A stretch of DNA of 64,000 bases from an uncultured Chloroflexia bacterium. GTDB taxonomy: Bacteria > Chloroflexota > Chloroflexia > Thermomicrobiales > UBA6265. How positions within the stretch are numbered: the first letter of the stretch is position 1; each line of letters begins with the position of its first letter. Below the pieces are notes generated by a model. That model saw only the letters and a list, made by a program, of their open reading frames with translations. It had not been told where the DNA came from and searched no databases. Made by a program: the position numbers and the translations under genes. This document shows, piece by piece, positions 10,501 to 20,785 of the stretch. The DNA lies in the NCBI GenBank assembly GCA_963724295.1, contig CAVRUC010000007.1, forward strand, positions 768,001-832,000. Reading direction: 5' to 3'.

Positions 10501-12441
10501 TCACAGGTACTCTCGGAACCACTCTACGATCCGGCGCATGCGGTCGACGCGGCGGTCCGGACGCCCGATCCCGGCCAGGAAATGCGGCTCGCCGGGGTAG
10601 CGCACCATTTGCGTCCGCACCCCTCGCGAGCGGAGGATAGCGAACAGGATCTCCGACTGCTCGGGTGGGCAACGAAGATCGTCCTCCGATTGCAACAGCA
10701 ACAGCGGCGCGGTGTTTCGGTGGATCTCCATGAATGGCGATGCCGCCAGGAACGCCTCGATGTCCTCCGGGAGGCGACCGATACCGACGAACCGCTCATC
10801 GGTGTAGCCGGAGAGGTCGGACCCGCCGTACCAGGAGACCCAGTTGCTGACCGGGTTCTCGCTGACCCCGGCGCCAAAGCGCCCCGGATGGTGACCGAGC
10901 AGCCAGTTCGTCATGTAGCCGCCACCGGACAGTCCCATCACCCCGATGCGCCGCGGGTCGGCGAGCCCGCTCTCGACCGCCCACTCCACGAGCTGGAGGT
11001 GGTCGGAGCCGTCGACGTCGCCCCAACGACCGTGGATGGCTCTGGCGAATCCCTCGCCGTAGCCGCTCGATCCCCGCGGGTTCGGATAAAGGACGTGAAA
11101 CCCGGCGCCGGCGAGGGCCAGCATCTCCAGCCAGGGTGTCGGCCCGTGCGCGGCGTGTGGACCGCCATGAATCTGGATGACGACCGGACCGGGTCGTGGC
11201 GCGTCTCGGCCCTCGATCAGCCAGGTATCGACGGAATGTCCGTCCGGGTGCGTCAACCGGTGACGGACCGGATCGCGGCGGTATGGCTCGAGCCAATCTG
11301 AGCCGTTGCTCGAGAGCTGGCGCATGGCGCCATCTTCGACCGCGTAGATCTCCGTGGCCCGGCCCCGGTCACTGGCGACCATCGCGATCCGATCGCCGGC
11401 GACCACGATCGCGTTGCAAACGATCTCGCCGGTAACGAGCGGGGACGCCTCGCCCGACGCCGCGTCGAAGCGATAGGGAATGGTCCGTCCTTCGTCGCCG
11501 ACCTGCGCCACGATGGTGGTGTCGTCGATCCACTCACAGGACACCACCGACCCGCGAACGACGAGATCGCCGGTGGTGACGTTGCTCACCGGGCGATCGA
11601 GATCTGCCCCAAGTCGTCGCAGCGACGTGCCATCGCCGACGTAGAGATGGTTGTCGGCCCAGGACGGTTGCCGCGGATAGTCCTTGCCGACGACCGCGAC
11701 GCGCGTGCCGTCCGGGGCAGGGCGGACCGCCGCGATACCTCCCGGCAGCTCGGCGAGGGAAGCCGGCTCGGCCGAATCATCGACGGCGATGCGCCAGGCC
11801 GCCGCTCGCTCGCTCAAGCGACGCATCCCGGCATCCGGCTCGGCGTCGGCGACGACCGCGATGTGCCGTCCATCCGGTAGCCAGCGCGCGTCCAGCACCT
11901 CCCACGCCGGATCGGTGAGTCGTCGCGCCTCGCCGTCGTCAACTGAAACGACCCATGCGCTCACTAGCTGATTTCGCAATCCGGTCTTGTCGAGCCTCCA
12001 GGCGAAGTCGTCGATCACGCGCGCGATCGGGTCCTTCGGATCGCCGACGGCCAGCCGCTCGACGCCGCTGAGCGCCATGATCAGCAACCGTCGCCCATCT
12101 GGCGACCACTGCACGGCCCTCGCATCCCCAGCAATGTCTGTCGCCAGGCGCGGTTCGCCGCCATCGAGCGGCAGGATCCAGGGCTGCTCGCGACCGCCGC
12201 GATCCGAGATGAATGCCAGTGACCGACCGTCGGGTGAGAACACCGGCCGGGTGTCGTTGACCGCCGCGTGGGTCAGTTGACGGGCATCGCCTCCCGACCA
12301 GGGCACGATCCAGAGATGCGTGCGGTAGGCGTTGTCCGCGATCACGCGCCGGCTGTAGACGACGGTCGAGCCGTCCGGCGAGAGCGCGGCATCCTGGATC
12401 TGCGCCTGGCGCAGCACATCTTCCGGCTGAAACGCGGTCAT
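10501..12441 (-). CDS. S9 family (acylaminoacyl / dipeptidyl) peptidase with PD40 beta-propeller
   Basis: SPDG repeats, IHGGPH, NPRGSSGYG, GLSGGG nucleophile elbow, D-LRC and EPH triad residues; start could be 12477. Confidence 0.9.
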   Translation of the reverse strand: MTAFQPEDVLRQAQIQDAALSPDGSTVVYSRRVIADNAYRTHLWIVPWSGGDARQLTHAAVNDTRPVFSPDGRSLAFISDRGGREQPWILPLDGGEPRLATDIAGDARAVQWSPDGRRLLIMALSGVERLAVGDPKDPIARVIDDFAWRLDKTGLRNQLVSAWVVSVDDGEARRLTDPAWEVLDARWLPDGRHIAVVADAEPDAGMRRLSERAAAWRIAVDDSAEPASLAELPGGIAAVRPAPDGTRVAVVGKDYPRQPSWADNHLYVGDGTSLRRLGADLDRPVSNVTTGDLVVRGSVVSCEWIDDTTIVAQVGDEGRTIPYRFDAASGEASPLVTGEIVCNAIVVAGDRIAMVASDRGRATEIYAVEDGAMRQLSSNGSDWLEPYRRDPVRHRLTHPDGHSVDTWLIEGRDAPRPGPVVIQIHGGPHAAHGPTPWLEMLALAGAGFHVLYPNPRGSSGYGEGFARAIHGRWGDVDGSDHLQLVEWAVESGLADPRRIGVMGLSGGGYMTNWLLGHHPGRFGAGVSENPVSNWVSWYGGSDLSGYTDERFVGIGRLPEDIEAFLAASPFMEIHRNTAPLLLLQSEDDLRCPPEQSEILFAILRSRGVRTQMVRYPGEPHFLAGIGRPDRRVDRMRRIVEWFREYL

Positions 12442-12570
12442 TTGACCCTGTGAAGCGGATCTCTCGTGGACTGGCACGGAAGATTCCTCCGGAGTTTCCT
12501 AGACTTCACGTTGCGCCGGAACCAGCATCGTCGCTACGCTCGCAAAGGCGTCGCACCGTCGGAGTCTGCC

Positions 12571-15463
12571 ATGCCCGAGTATCCCAGCGGAACCGTCGCC
12601 TTCCTCTTCACCGACATCGAGGGCAGCACCAAGCGCTGGGAGCGCGATTCCACGGCGATGTGGGCGGTGGTCGAGCGTCACTTCACCGTGCTTGCAAACG
12701 CGATCACCGCGCAGAACGGCGTCCTCTTCAAGACGATCGGCGATGCGGTCCAGGCGGCGTTCCCATCCGTGCCCGCTGCCGTCGCGGCCTCCGTCGCCGC
12801 GCAGTCGGCACTCCGAGAGGAAGAGTGGGGCGATCTGGGCCCGCTGCGCGTGCGAATGGCCGTCCATGTAGGGGAGGCTACACCCCGGGACGGCGACTAT
12901 CTCGCTCCCTGCCTGAACCGCCTCGCGCGCCTCCTCGGCACCGGGTATGGCGAACAGATCCTCCTCTCTGAGGCGGCCCGCGCCATGGCTGTATCGGCGC
13001 TGCCGCCTGGCTGTGATCTCCTCGATCTCGGCGTGCATCGCCTGCGAGACCTTTTGCAGCCGGAGCACATCTACCAGTTGCTCGGTCCTGGCCTGGTCGT
13101 CGACTTCCCTCCGCTCAAGAGTCTCGACCGCCACCTGCACAATCTTCCCGCGCAACCGTCCGCGCTCCTCGGCCGCGAATCTGAGGTCGCCGCGACGCGC
13201 GCCTTGCTGGAGCAAGAGGGCGCCCGCATCGTGACCCTGACCGGACCGGGTGGCACCGGGAAGACGCGACTCGGTCTCCAGGTCGGCGCGGAGCTGGTTG
13301 AGGCGTTCACTGACGGCGTCTGGTTCGTCCCGCTCGCCGCGATCGCCGATCCCGCTCTTGTCATTCCGGCGATCGCCCAGCCGCTCGGAGTGCGAGAGAT
13401 CCCCGGCGAGCCACTGCTGACGACGCTCCAGGAGTATCTGCGCAACAAGCACGCGCTGCTGCTGCTCGACAACTTCGAACATCTGACGGCCGCGGCCGCG
13501 GCAGTCTCGGCATTGCTCGCCGCCTGCCCCGGGGTCCAGGTGCTGGTCACCAGCCGAGAGCCACTCCGGATTACCGGCGAGCGCGAGCTGCCCGTGTCGC
13601 CGTTGGCGCTCCCTGACCCGCGCCAGGCGCGCGGGCTGAGTCCCGGCGCTCTTCTGGACTACTCGGCGATCCGCCTGTTCGTCGAGCGCGCGCAGGCTGT
13701 CAAGCCCGACTTCACGCTCACCGAAGCAACCGCGGCGGACGTCATTGCCATCTGCCGGCGGCTCGATGGTCTGCCGCTGGCGATCGAGCTCGCTGCCGCA
13801 CGCGTGCGGATCCTTCCTCCCAGCCAGCTCCTGAACCGGCTCGACACCCGCCTCAAGGTACTGACTGGGGGCAATCGCGACTTGCCGGCCCGGCAGCAGA
13901 CCCTCCGCGCCGCGATCGAGTGGAGCCACGAGCTGCTGGATCCAGGCGAGCAGGCGCTCTTCGCCCACCTGGCCGTCTTTTCGGGTGGCTGCACGTTTGA
14001 GGCGGCAGAGGCTGTCTGCGGTGCTGCGGGTGCTCTCCAGCTCGACGTCCTCGACGGCCTCGACTCCCTGACCCAGAAGAGCCTGCTCCGACCGGAAGAC
14101 GGCGCCGATGGCGAGACCCGCTTCACCATGCTGGAGACGATCCGGGAGTACGGCTTGGAGCGGCTGGACGCGACCGGGCATGCCGAGACGGTGCGGCGAG
14201 CACACGCGGACTATTTCGTGACGCTCGCGGAGGCGGCCGAACCGCAGTTGACGGGCGCAGATCAAGTTGACTGGTTGAACCGGCTTGGTGCCGAACATGA
14301 CAACTTCCGCTCGGCGATGGGGTGGCTCGAGCAGGGGAGTGAGATCGAGACACGACTCAGAATCGCGGCTGCACTGTGGCGATTTTGGTGGATGCGCGGT
14401 CACTTGGCGGAGGGTCGGGGGTGGTTGGAGCGAGCGTTGGCCGAAGCGAGTCAATCTGCCGCCCACCCTCCACGCAAATGCGCTCAGCAGCGCCGGCATC
14501 CTGGCCTCCAGCCAGGGCGATTATGAGCGGGCGACCGCTCTCCATGAGAAGGCGTTGGCTCTTCGAGAGCAGGCAGGAGACCAACTGGGAACGACCACAT
14601 CCCTGACCGAGCTCGGAATTATTGCTCGCCTGCTCGGTGACCTCGACCGCGCCACCACTCTGCACGAGCAGGCACTAACCCTCTGGCGCGACATCGGAGA
14701 TGAGCGTGGGATTGCCGGTTCACTCTATGAGCTTGGCTTGTTGGCCCTGACCCAAGGTAACTATGTGGAATCGGCACAGCTGCTCAATGAGAGTTTGGAG
14801 CTGTGTCGCATGTCTGGAGATGCTACTGCCTTGAGCAGTGTGCTCGAGAGCCTAGGCATCCTCGCGTTCTACCAGGAGGAATACGACAGCGCGGCTAAAT
14901 ACTACGCAGAGAGTTTGACGTTGTCGCGCGAGCTCGGTGACTCACGAATGATCGCCCACGCCCTCGTCAACCTGGGTGAGGTATTTCATCACCAGAGAGA
15001 CGTGGACAGCGCGGAGGCACACTACCAGGAGGCGCTAACCCTCCTTCGGGAGTTGGAAGAGAAACGCGGGACAGCCTTCGCGCTCTTCCAACTCGGAAAG
15101 GTTGCGTTGAGCCGAAACGACTGTGGTCAGGCCGCTTCTCTCTTTCTCGAAAGCTTGGCTCTCCGCCGTCAGCTTGGAGAAAAGTCCGCGATTATCGAAA
15201 GTGTCGAAGGCCTGGCAGGAGTAGCGGCCGTGAAGGGTGCGGCATCCCTGGCGGCACGCTTGTTCGCGGCTGCAGAGGCACACCGACGGGCTATTGGTGT
15301 GCCATTGCCGGCATCTTATGCCAAGGAGCACCAGCTGTTCCTGGCGTTGGCACGCGACACCCTGGGTGAAGAGCAATTCAGGGAAGAGTGGAGTCATGGG
15401 CAAGAATTGACGCTCGATACGACGATTGATGTTGTAGCTGAAGTTAGCCAACCGGCGGCGTAG
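12571..15463 (+). CDS. class III adenylate cyclase - STAND (NB-ARC-like) NTPase - TPR protein; +1 frameshift near 14450
   Basis: FLFTDIEGST, FKTIGDA, NRLAR; Walker A GPGGTGKT, Walker B LLLLDNFE, GLPLAIELAAAR; TPRs continue in ORF 14285-15463; colinear with the intact paralog at 40247-43147. Confidence 0.85.
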
Positions 15464-15464
15464 T

Positions 15465-15493
15465 CAAGAGGCAGCCGTGCCGCGGCGCCTCTT
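15465..15493. terminator. hairpin between convergent genes
   Basis: CAAGAGGC...GCCTCTTG inverted repeat. Confidence 0.45.
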
Positions 15494-15530
15494 GGCATTC
15501 AGTAGACCGGAATTGCGAGCCGTCGTTGCC

Positions 15531-16184
15531 TCAGCGGCGGCGAATTATGCCTCCGCTAATCGGGAAGGGATCGGGGGCTTGATCGCATGGGGTTGACTCG
15601 TCGACGCACTTAACGCAGCAGTGATTTCTTGATGGCTCCCCGAGGCATTCAAGGCACGGACTCACGCAGTCGCCGCTTCTCGTGCAATCTGCGCAACACT
15701 GGCTGCCGGAATTGGGACATTGAAGGCAGCCTTCACGGCGTGTGCAAGTCTCAATGACAATCGGCTCTTCCTGGTTTTGGCGGTCAGGACGAAAGATCCA
15801 GCAGTCCGGTCCTCCGCAACACTCTCCCCCGCAGCTACAGAATCCGTCGTCACAACAAAAGCCAGGTCCGCTGGAGCTTGTGCTCTCATCGGCCGGGCAG
15901 GCACCCTCGTCGCAACCGTGCCGTTCTCCATCGAGATCTTTGTCGTTATCACTGGTATTTTGGTCTGAATCGCGGTCGCTTCTAGCCGAGGCCGGATCGA
16001 CAACGGTGGCCTGATTGTCGTCACCACCGCTCGCGTCGGCAATGACTATGCCGTCGTCCTGGGCAGCGGTCGCGTGGATGCGGAGACTGCCCAACGCCCC
16101 CGCCAGCAGCCCTGCGAGCACCCGCCGCCGCGAGCTGCTCGTCGCCAGGGCCCGGGCCAGCTGGTCGAAGCGTTTCCCCTCCAT
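15531..16184 (-). CDS. secreted Cys-rich protein (RFDxLxRxL / twin-Arg-like leader; 22 Cys; ends RRR)
   Basis: ATG 16184 after GAGGGGA; MEGKRFDQLARALATSSSRRRVLAGLLAGALG...AAQ signal; FCCDDGFCSCGGECC core. Confidence 0.8.
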   Translation of the reverse strand: MEGKRFDQLARALATSSSRRRVLAGLLAGALGSLRIHATAAQDDGIVIADASGGDDNQATVVDPASARSDRDSDQNTSDNDKDLDGERHGCDEGACPADESTSSSGPGFCCDDGFCSCGGECCGGPDCWIFRPDRQNQEEPIVIETCTRREGCLQCPNSGSQCCADCTRSGDCVSPCLECLGEPSRNHCCVKCVDESTPCDQAPDPFPISGGIIRRR

Positions 16185-16285
16185 GGAATCTCCCCTCATG
16201 GGTGACGGACTTGCTGAACGCTGAGGGTATCTCAGGCGCGGCATATAAGCCAACGGCGAGCCGGGGACGCAGGCGCCGCTGATTG

Positions 16286-16315
16286 AAAAAGGGGCGGCCG
16301 GGTGGCCGCCCCTTT
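16286..16315 (-). terminator. intrinsic terminator of the zinc-ribbon gene
   Basis: AAAGGGGCGGCC-GGGT-GGCCGCCCCTTT stem followed by a U-tract on the minus strand. Confidence 0.8.
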
Positions 16316-16332
16316 CTGGACTGCTTCGGGTC

Positions 16333-16785
16333 CTAGTAGTTGTAGTTGCGCGGAGGCGCCGCCGTCCGCCGCAACTGGAAGCACTCCCGGCAGTAGACCG
16401 GCTTGTCCGAGCGAGGCTCGAAGGGAACCTCGGTATCCCGGCCACACTCCGAGCAAACCGCCGGAAACATCTGGCGCGGTCCGCTGGAGTAACCCCCGCC
16501 GCCGCCGGATGAATACCCGCCGCCACCGGACGAGTAGCCACCACCGCCCGCGGAGTACGATCCGCCGCCGCTGTATCCGCCGGAGGAGTACCCTCCGCCG
16601 CCACCACTACCGCCGCTATATCCCGAGTCGTACCCTTGCGTGGCGCGCTGCGCCTTGCGGGCCGACCGGCACGACGGACAACGCTGGGGCTCGCTGAACC
16701 CCCGCTCCGCATAAAACGCCTGTTCGCCGGCCGTAAACGTAAACGCCTGGCCGCAATCGCGACAGGTGAGCGTCCGATCGCTCAT
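16333..16785 (-). CDS. zinc-ribbon protein (N-terminal zf-trcl-type, Gly/Ser/Tyr linker, C-terminal CxxC-x17-CxxC)
   Basis: DRTLTCRDCG..FTFTAGEQAFY..PQRCPSCR; MFPAVCSECG..EVPFEP..KPVYCRECF. Confidence 0.9.
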   Translation of the reverse strand: MSDRTLTCRDCGQAFTFTAGEQAFYAERGFSEPQRCPSCRSARKAQRATQGYDSGYSGGSGGGGGYSSGGYSGGGSYSAGGGGYSSGGGGYSSGGGGGYSSGPRQMFPAVCSECGRDTEVPFEPRSDKPVYCRECFQLRRTAAPPRNYNY

Positions 16786-17091
16786 TCCGCCTGAACCCTC
16801 CGCCGCGTCACCATCGCCGCGGCACCGAACGAAAAAAGAAAAAGACCGAGAGACGTTTCCGGCGGAACGAGACACGTGTGGGGGCTCACCGGGAACCCGA
16901 CGATCGCGCGCGCAGGGAATCGTCCGAGATTGGAATATATCACGATTTGGCCGCTGTCAAGCGGTTCCGATCGATTCAGTTGAGATTCATTCGATTTCCC
17001 GGCCATCCGTTGCTCCAAATCCCTATGCTAGGATGCCGGAGGCCATCGCGGCGTCGCCGTCGCTGGCACTCTTTAACATGAGGACTCGATT

Positions 17092-18228
17092 GTGAATCTG
17101 CACGAGTACCAGGCGGCGGAGATCTTCGCGAGCCACGGCATCCGCACGAACGCCGGCGGGGTTGCCGCCACCGCGGATGAGGCGGAGGCGCTCGCCCAGG
17201 CCGCGGGCGGCCCGGTCGTCGTCAAAGCCCAGGTGCTCACGGGAGGTCGCGGCAAGGCAGGCGGCGTCAAGCTCGCCCGTACACCGGCAGAGACCCGCGA
17301 GGTTGCCTCGGCGATCCTGGGTCTCGACATCCGCGGGCACACGGTACGCAAGGTACTGGTCGCGCCCGCCGTCGACATCGCCCAGGAGTTCTACCTCGGG
17401 GTCACGCTCGATCGCGCCCGTCGTCAGAACGTCGTCATGGCCAGCGCGGAGGGCGGCGTCGATATCGAAGAGGTGGCTCGCGAACGACCGGAACGGATCG
17501 TTCGCACCCTGGTCGACCCGTTCCTCGGTCTGCACGCCTGGCAGGCGCGGCAGATTGGCTTTGCGCTCGGACTCGCCGCCGACCGGGTCAACGGGTTCGC
17601 AACGATGGCGCGGCAGCTGTACGACGCGTATCTGAACGAAGACGCGACGCTCGCGGAGATCAACCCCCTCGTCTTGACCACGAAGGGCGACTGGCTCGCG
17701 CTCGACGCCAAGATGACCATCGACGACAACGCCTTGTTCCGTCACCCCGGTTCGGAGTCGCTGCGCGATCTCGACGCCGAAGACCCGACCGAGCTCGACG
17801 CGCGCCAATCCGGGATCTCGTTCGTCAAGCTCGGCGGCGACATCGGGTGCATCGTCAATGGCGCCGGTTTGGCAATGGCCACCATGGACGCCGTGATGCT
17901 CCACGGCGGGGAGCCGGCGAACTTCCTCGACGTCGGCGGCGGTGCGAGCGCCGATCAGGTCGCCAAGGCGTTCAGCCTGGTGACCGCCGACCCGAACGTG
18001 CGCGCGATTCTCATCAATATCTTCGGCGGCATCACCCGCGGCGACGTCGTGGCGCAGGGCATCGCGGAAGCCTTGCAGCGAGTCGCTGTCCCGGTGCCAA
18101 TCGTCGTCCGCCTCTCCGGGACCAACGCGGCGGAAGGGCAGCGCCTCCTCTCCGAGGCAGGGCTGACCGCCAGTGACAGCATGGACGAGGCGGCCGCGCA
18201 GGCCGTTCGCGCGGCACACGCCGCATGA
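17092..18228 (+). CDS. sucC: succinyl-CoA ligase beta subunit
   Basis: [54 protein letters not shown]. Confidence 0.95.
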   Translation: MNLHEYQAAEIFASHGIRTNAGGVAATADEAEALAQAAGGPVVVKAQVLTGGRGKAGGVKLARTPAETREVASAILGLDIRGHTVRKVLVAPAVDIAQEFYLGVTLDRARRQNVVMASAEGGVDIEEVARERPERIVRTLVDPFLGLHAWQARQIGFALGLAADRVNGFATMARQLYDAYLNEDATLAEINPLVLTTKGDWLALDAKMTIDDNALFRHPGSESLRDLDAEDPTELDARQSGISFVKLGGDIGCIVNGAGLAMATMDAVMLHGGEPANFLDVGGGASADQVAKAFSLVTADPNVRAILINIFGGITRGDVVAQGIAEALQRVAVPVPIVVRLSGTNAAEGQRLLSEAGLTASDSMDEAAAQAVRAAHAA

Positions 18229-18292
18229 GCTTGCGCTTGCCCGGCCATGCACATCTGCACGTGACGTTGCTCAGGCAGGAGGGGTCCTCTCG

Positions 18293-19168
18293 GTGAGCAT
18301 CCTCGTCGATCGCGATACCCGGGTGCTGGTGCAGGGCATAACTGGTCGAGAGGGCTCGTTCCATACCGAACAGATGGTTGAATATGGAACGAACGTGGTC
18401 TCGGGTGTCACGCCAGGCGGCAGGGGCAAGAGCGTCGCCGGTGTGCCGGTCTTCAATACGGTGGCGGATGCCGTGGCCGAGACCGCGCCCAATGTGGCGA
18501 TCATCTTCGTGCCGGCCCGGTTCGCTCCGGACGCCATCTACGAGGCCATCGACAACGGTCTGCCGCTGGTGGTCTGTATCACCGAGGGCATTCCCGTCGC
18601 CGACATGGTCCCCGTCTATGCGCACGCCCAGAACCGGGGGACCCGTCTGCTCGGGCCAAATTGCCCCGGACTGATTACCCCGGATGAGGCGAAAGTTGGG
18701 ATCATGCCCGGCTTCATCCACACGCCGGGGCCGGTGGGGGTCGTCTCCCGCTCCGGCACGTTGACCTACGAGGTGGTCGACGCTCTCTCCCGGGCTGGGA
18801 CCGGTCAGAGCACGGCCGTCGGCATCGGCGGCGACCCCGTGATCGGCACCTCGTTCGTCGACGTGCTTGGCCTGTTTGAAGCCGACCCCGCCACCGAAGC
18901 GATCGTCATGATCGGCGAGATCGGTGGCAATGACGAGGAGACTGCCGCCCAATTCATCCAGGACCACGTGACCAAACCCGTCGTTGGCTTCATCGCCGGC
19001 CAGACCGCTCCACCGGGCAAGCGCATGGGTCACGCCGGGGCGATCATCTCCGGCGGCTCCGGCACCGCCGCCGAGAAGATGGCCGCGCTCGAGGCCGCTG
19101 GGGTTCGCGTCGTCGACCGGCCCTCGGCGGTGCCCGGCGCGATCCAGACAGCCTTGCGAACGCCCTGA
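18293..19168 (+). CDS. sucD: succinyl-CoA ligase alpha subunit
   Basis: [28 protein letters not shown] phospho-His motif; GTG start after GGAGGGG. Confidence 0.95.
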   Translation: MSILVDRDTRVLVQGITGREGSFHTEQMVEYGTNVVSGVTPGGRGKSVAGVPVFNTVADAVAETAPNVAIIFVPARFAPDAIYEAIDNGLPLVVCITEGIPVADMVPVYAHAQNRGTRLLGPNCPGLITPDEAKVGIMPGFIHTPGPVGVVSRSGTLTYEVVDALSRAGTGQSTAVGIGGDPVIGTSFVDVLGLFEADPATEAIVMIGEIGGNDEETAAQFIQDHVTKPVVGFIAGQTAPPGKRMGHAGAIISGGSGTAAEKMAALEAAGVRVVDRPSAVPGAIQTALRTP

Positions 19169-19217
19169 TCGTTGCGGATTCCGCTATGGCACACACGTCT
19201 GGCGTTGCGTGTTCCGA

Positions 19218-19258
19218 CGTTCAGCAAACCCTCAGCGTTCGTTCAGGGGTCGTTCAGC
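19218..19258 (+). promoter_or_regulatory. 11-bp-period TCAG direct repeats (OmpR-family / MprA-like box) upstream of htrA
   Basis: TCAG at 19221, 19232, 19243 and 19254. Confidence 0.5.
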
Positions 19259-19386
19259 GGCCGTCCGCATACTCGCTTCACGATCGGTTCCCGGGGGCGG
19301 TGCTGGGCGGGCCATTCCGCCTCCGGGTCCGGTCACTTTCATATCAGTCGCCGGGCAGTTGATGCCCGTATCGAGAACAAGGGAGC

Positions 19387-20649
19387 ATGAGCATGGCCGG
19401 ACAGCGAGTAAGCCGCCTGCACAAGGTGGTTCTGACCGGGGCATTGACGCCGGGGCTGATCCTCGGTGCGGCCGGGTTTGGCATCCTGCCTGGAGGCATT
19501 CTTCCCACGGGGGTCACCGCGCAGTCGGTAACCGACGGCGGGAGCTGTGCCGCGTTTGGCGCCCCTGCAACCGAACAGACGACCGAGATGTCTGTGGCCG
19601 ACGTCGCGGAGAAAGTCAATCCCGCGGTCGTAACCATCGTGAACCTGCAGCCGATCGGTGAAGCCGGCCTGGATGGCTTCACCGGGATCGAGGGATTTCC
19701 CGGCATCCCCGAGATCCCCGGTATCGAGGGTCTCCCAGGCAGTGAAGAGGCGCCGGGCGCCGAGGATGATGGCACGGCGCAGATCGACGACTCTGAAGAC
19801 AGCGACACGCTCGTCCCGGTCGGAACCGGATCCGGGTTCATCGTCGACGAGGCTGGCCACGTCATCACCAACGCCCATGTCGTCGCGGGCGCCGAGGAGC
19901 TGACGGTGGCACTTGCCGATGGCACCGAAGTGCCGGCCACGGTCGTCGGCAGCTCATCGCTACCCGACGTCGATGTGGCGATCCTGGAGCTGGATTTCCC
20001 CGCGGGAGAATCGGTCCCCAGCATCGTCACCTTTGGTGATTCTTCGTCCCTGCGGGCCGGTGAACAGGTTGTGGCGATCGGCAACGCGCTGGGGTCGTTC
20101 CCGAACACGGTGAGCGAAGGCACGGTCAACGCGACCGATCGCTCGTTCCCCTACGAGGGCGGTCTCACTACCTGGATTCAGCACGACGCCGAGATCTGGC
20201 ATGGCAATTCCGGTGGGCCACTACTCAACCTGCGCGGTGAGGTCGTTGGCATCAATACTGCCGGCATTGGCTCCGGCATGATGGGCGCGGACTCCGGATC
20301 GGCCGACATGGCGTTCGCGGTCGAAGGCAATACCGTCTGCCAGGCCGCCGCCGACCTGCTCGCTGATGGCAAGATCGACTGGCCGTACCTCGGTATCCAG
20401 GGCGAAGCGACCTCCGCGGGACAGAGTGTTGTCGAAGTCGTCGAGGATGGACCATCCGCCGCCGCCGGGATCGAGCCGGGCGACGTGATCACCGCCTTCG
20501 ACGGTCAGGACATCACGCGTCAGAGCTCCCTTCTCGACCTTCTCTTCGGGCATGAGCCGGGAGACGAAGTCACGGTCACGGTCGATCGAGACGGCACGCC
20601 GCAGACCTTCCAGGTGACGCTCGGCGAGCGCCCCGAGATGACCGACTAG
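19387..20649 (+). CDS. htrA: HtrA/DegP-like serine protease with PDZ domain
   Basis: Signal/TM segment, GSGFI..TNAHVV, DVAIL, GNSGGPL, C-terminal PDZ. Confidence 0.9.
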   Translation: MSMAGQRVSRLHKVVLTGALTPGLILGAAGFGILPGGILPTGVTAQSVTDGGSCAAFGAPATEQTTEMSVADVAEKVNPAVVTIVNLQPIGEAGLDGFTGIEGFPGIPEIPGIEGLPGSEEAPGAEDDGTAQIDDSEDSDTLVPVGTGSGFIVDEAGHVITNAHVVAGAEELTVALADGTEVPATVVGSSSLPDVDVAILELDFPAGESVPSIVTFGDSSSLRAGEQVVAIGNALGSFPNTVSEGTVNATDRSFPYEGGLTTWIQHDAEIWHGNSGGPLLNLRGEVVGINTAGIGSGMMGADSGSADMAFAVEGNTVCQAAADLLADGKIDWPYLGIQGEATSAGQSVVEVVEDGPSAAAGIEPGDVITAFDGQDITRQSSLLDLLFGHEPGDEVTVTVDRDGTPQTFQVTLGERPEMTD

Positions 20650-20707
20650 CTCTCTTCCAGTTGCAGGCGACCACCCCTGCCGGTCGCCGATCCCATCCCT
20701 TTCCCCC

Positions 20708-20743
20708 TGAAGGAGGGCAGCCCGAGTGGGCTGCCCTCCTTCA
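20708..20743. terminator. bidirectional terminator hairpin
   Basis: TGAAGGAGGGCAGCCC-GAGT-GGGCTGCCCTCCTTCA perfect 16-bp stem between convergent genes. Confidence 0.75.
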
Positions 20744-20785
20744 CGTTCTGGATTGGGACCTCATCGCAAGCGAGAGCTGCGATCG

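Noticed and set aside
14440..14460. Programmed ribosomal frameshift in cyclase-STAND copy 1
   Set aside because: No slippery heptamer or stimulatory structure; the paralog is continuous; three other +1 shifts point to sequence error
12499..14499. 666-aa minus-strand ORF (and similar long antisense ORFs such as 21595-23160 and 59648-61372)
   Set aside because: Shadow ORFs opposite motif-rich genes; expected in high-GC DNA; no domain signatures
15531..16712. 393-aa ORF as given in the track
   Set aside because: Its 5' half overlaps the zinc-ribbon gene out of frame and crosses a terminator; the true start is 16184
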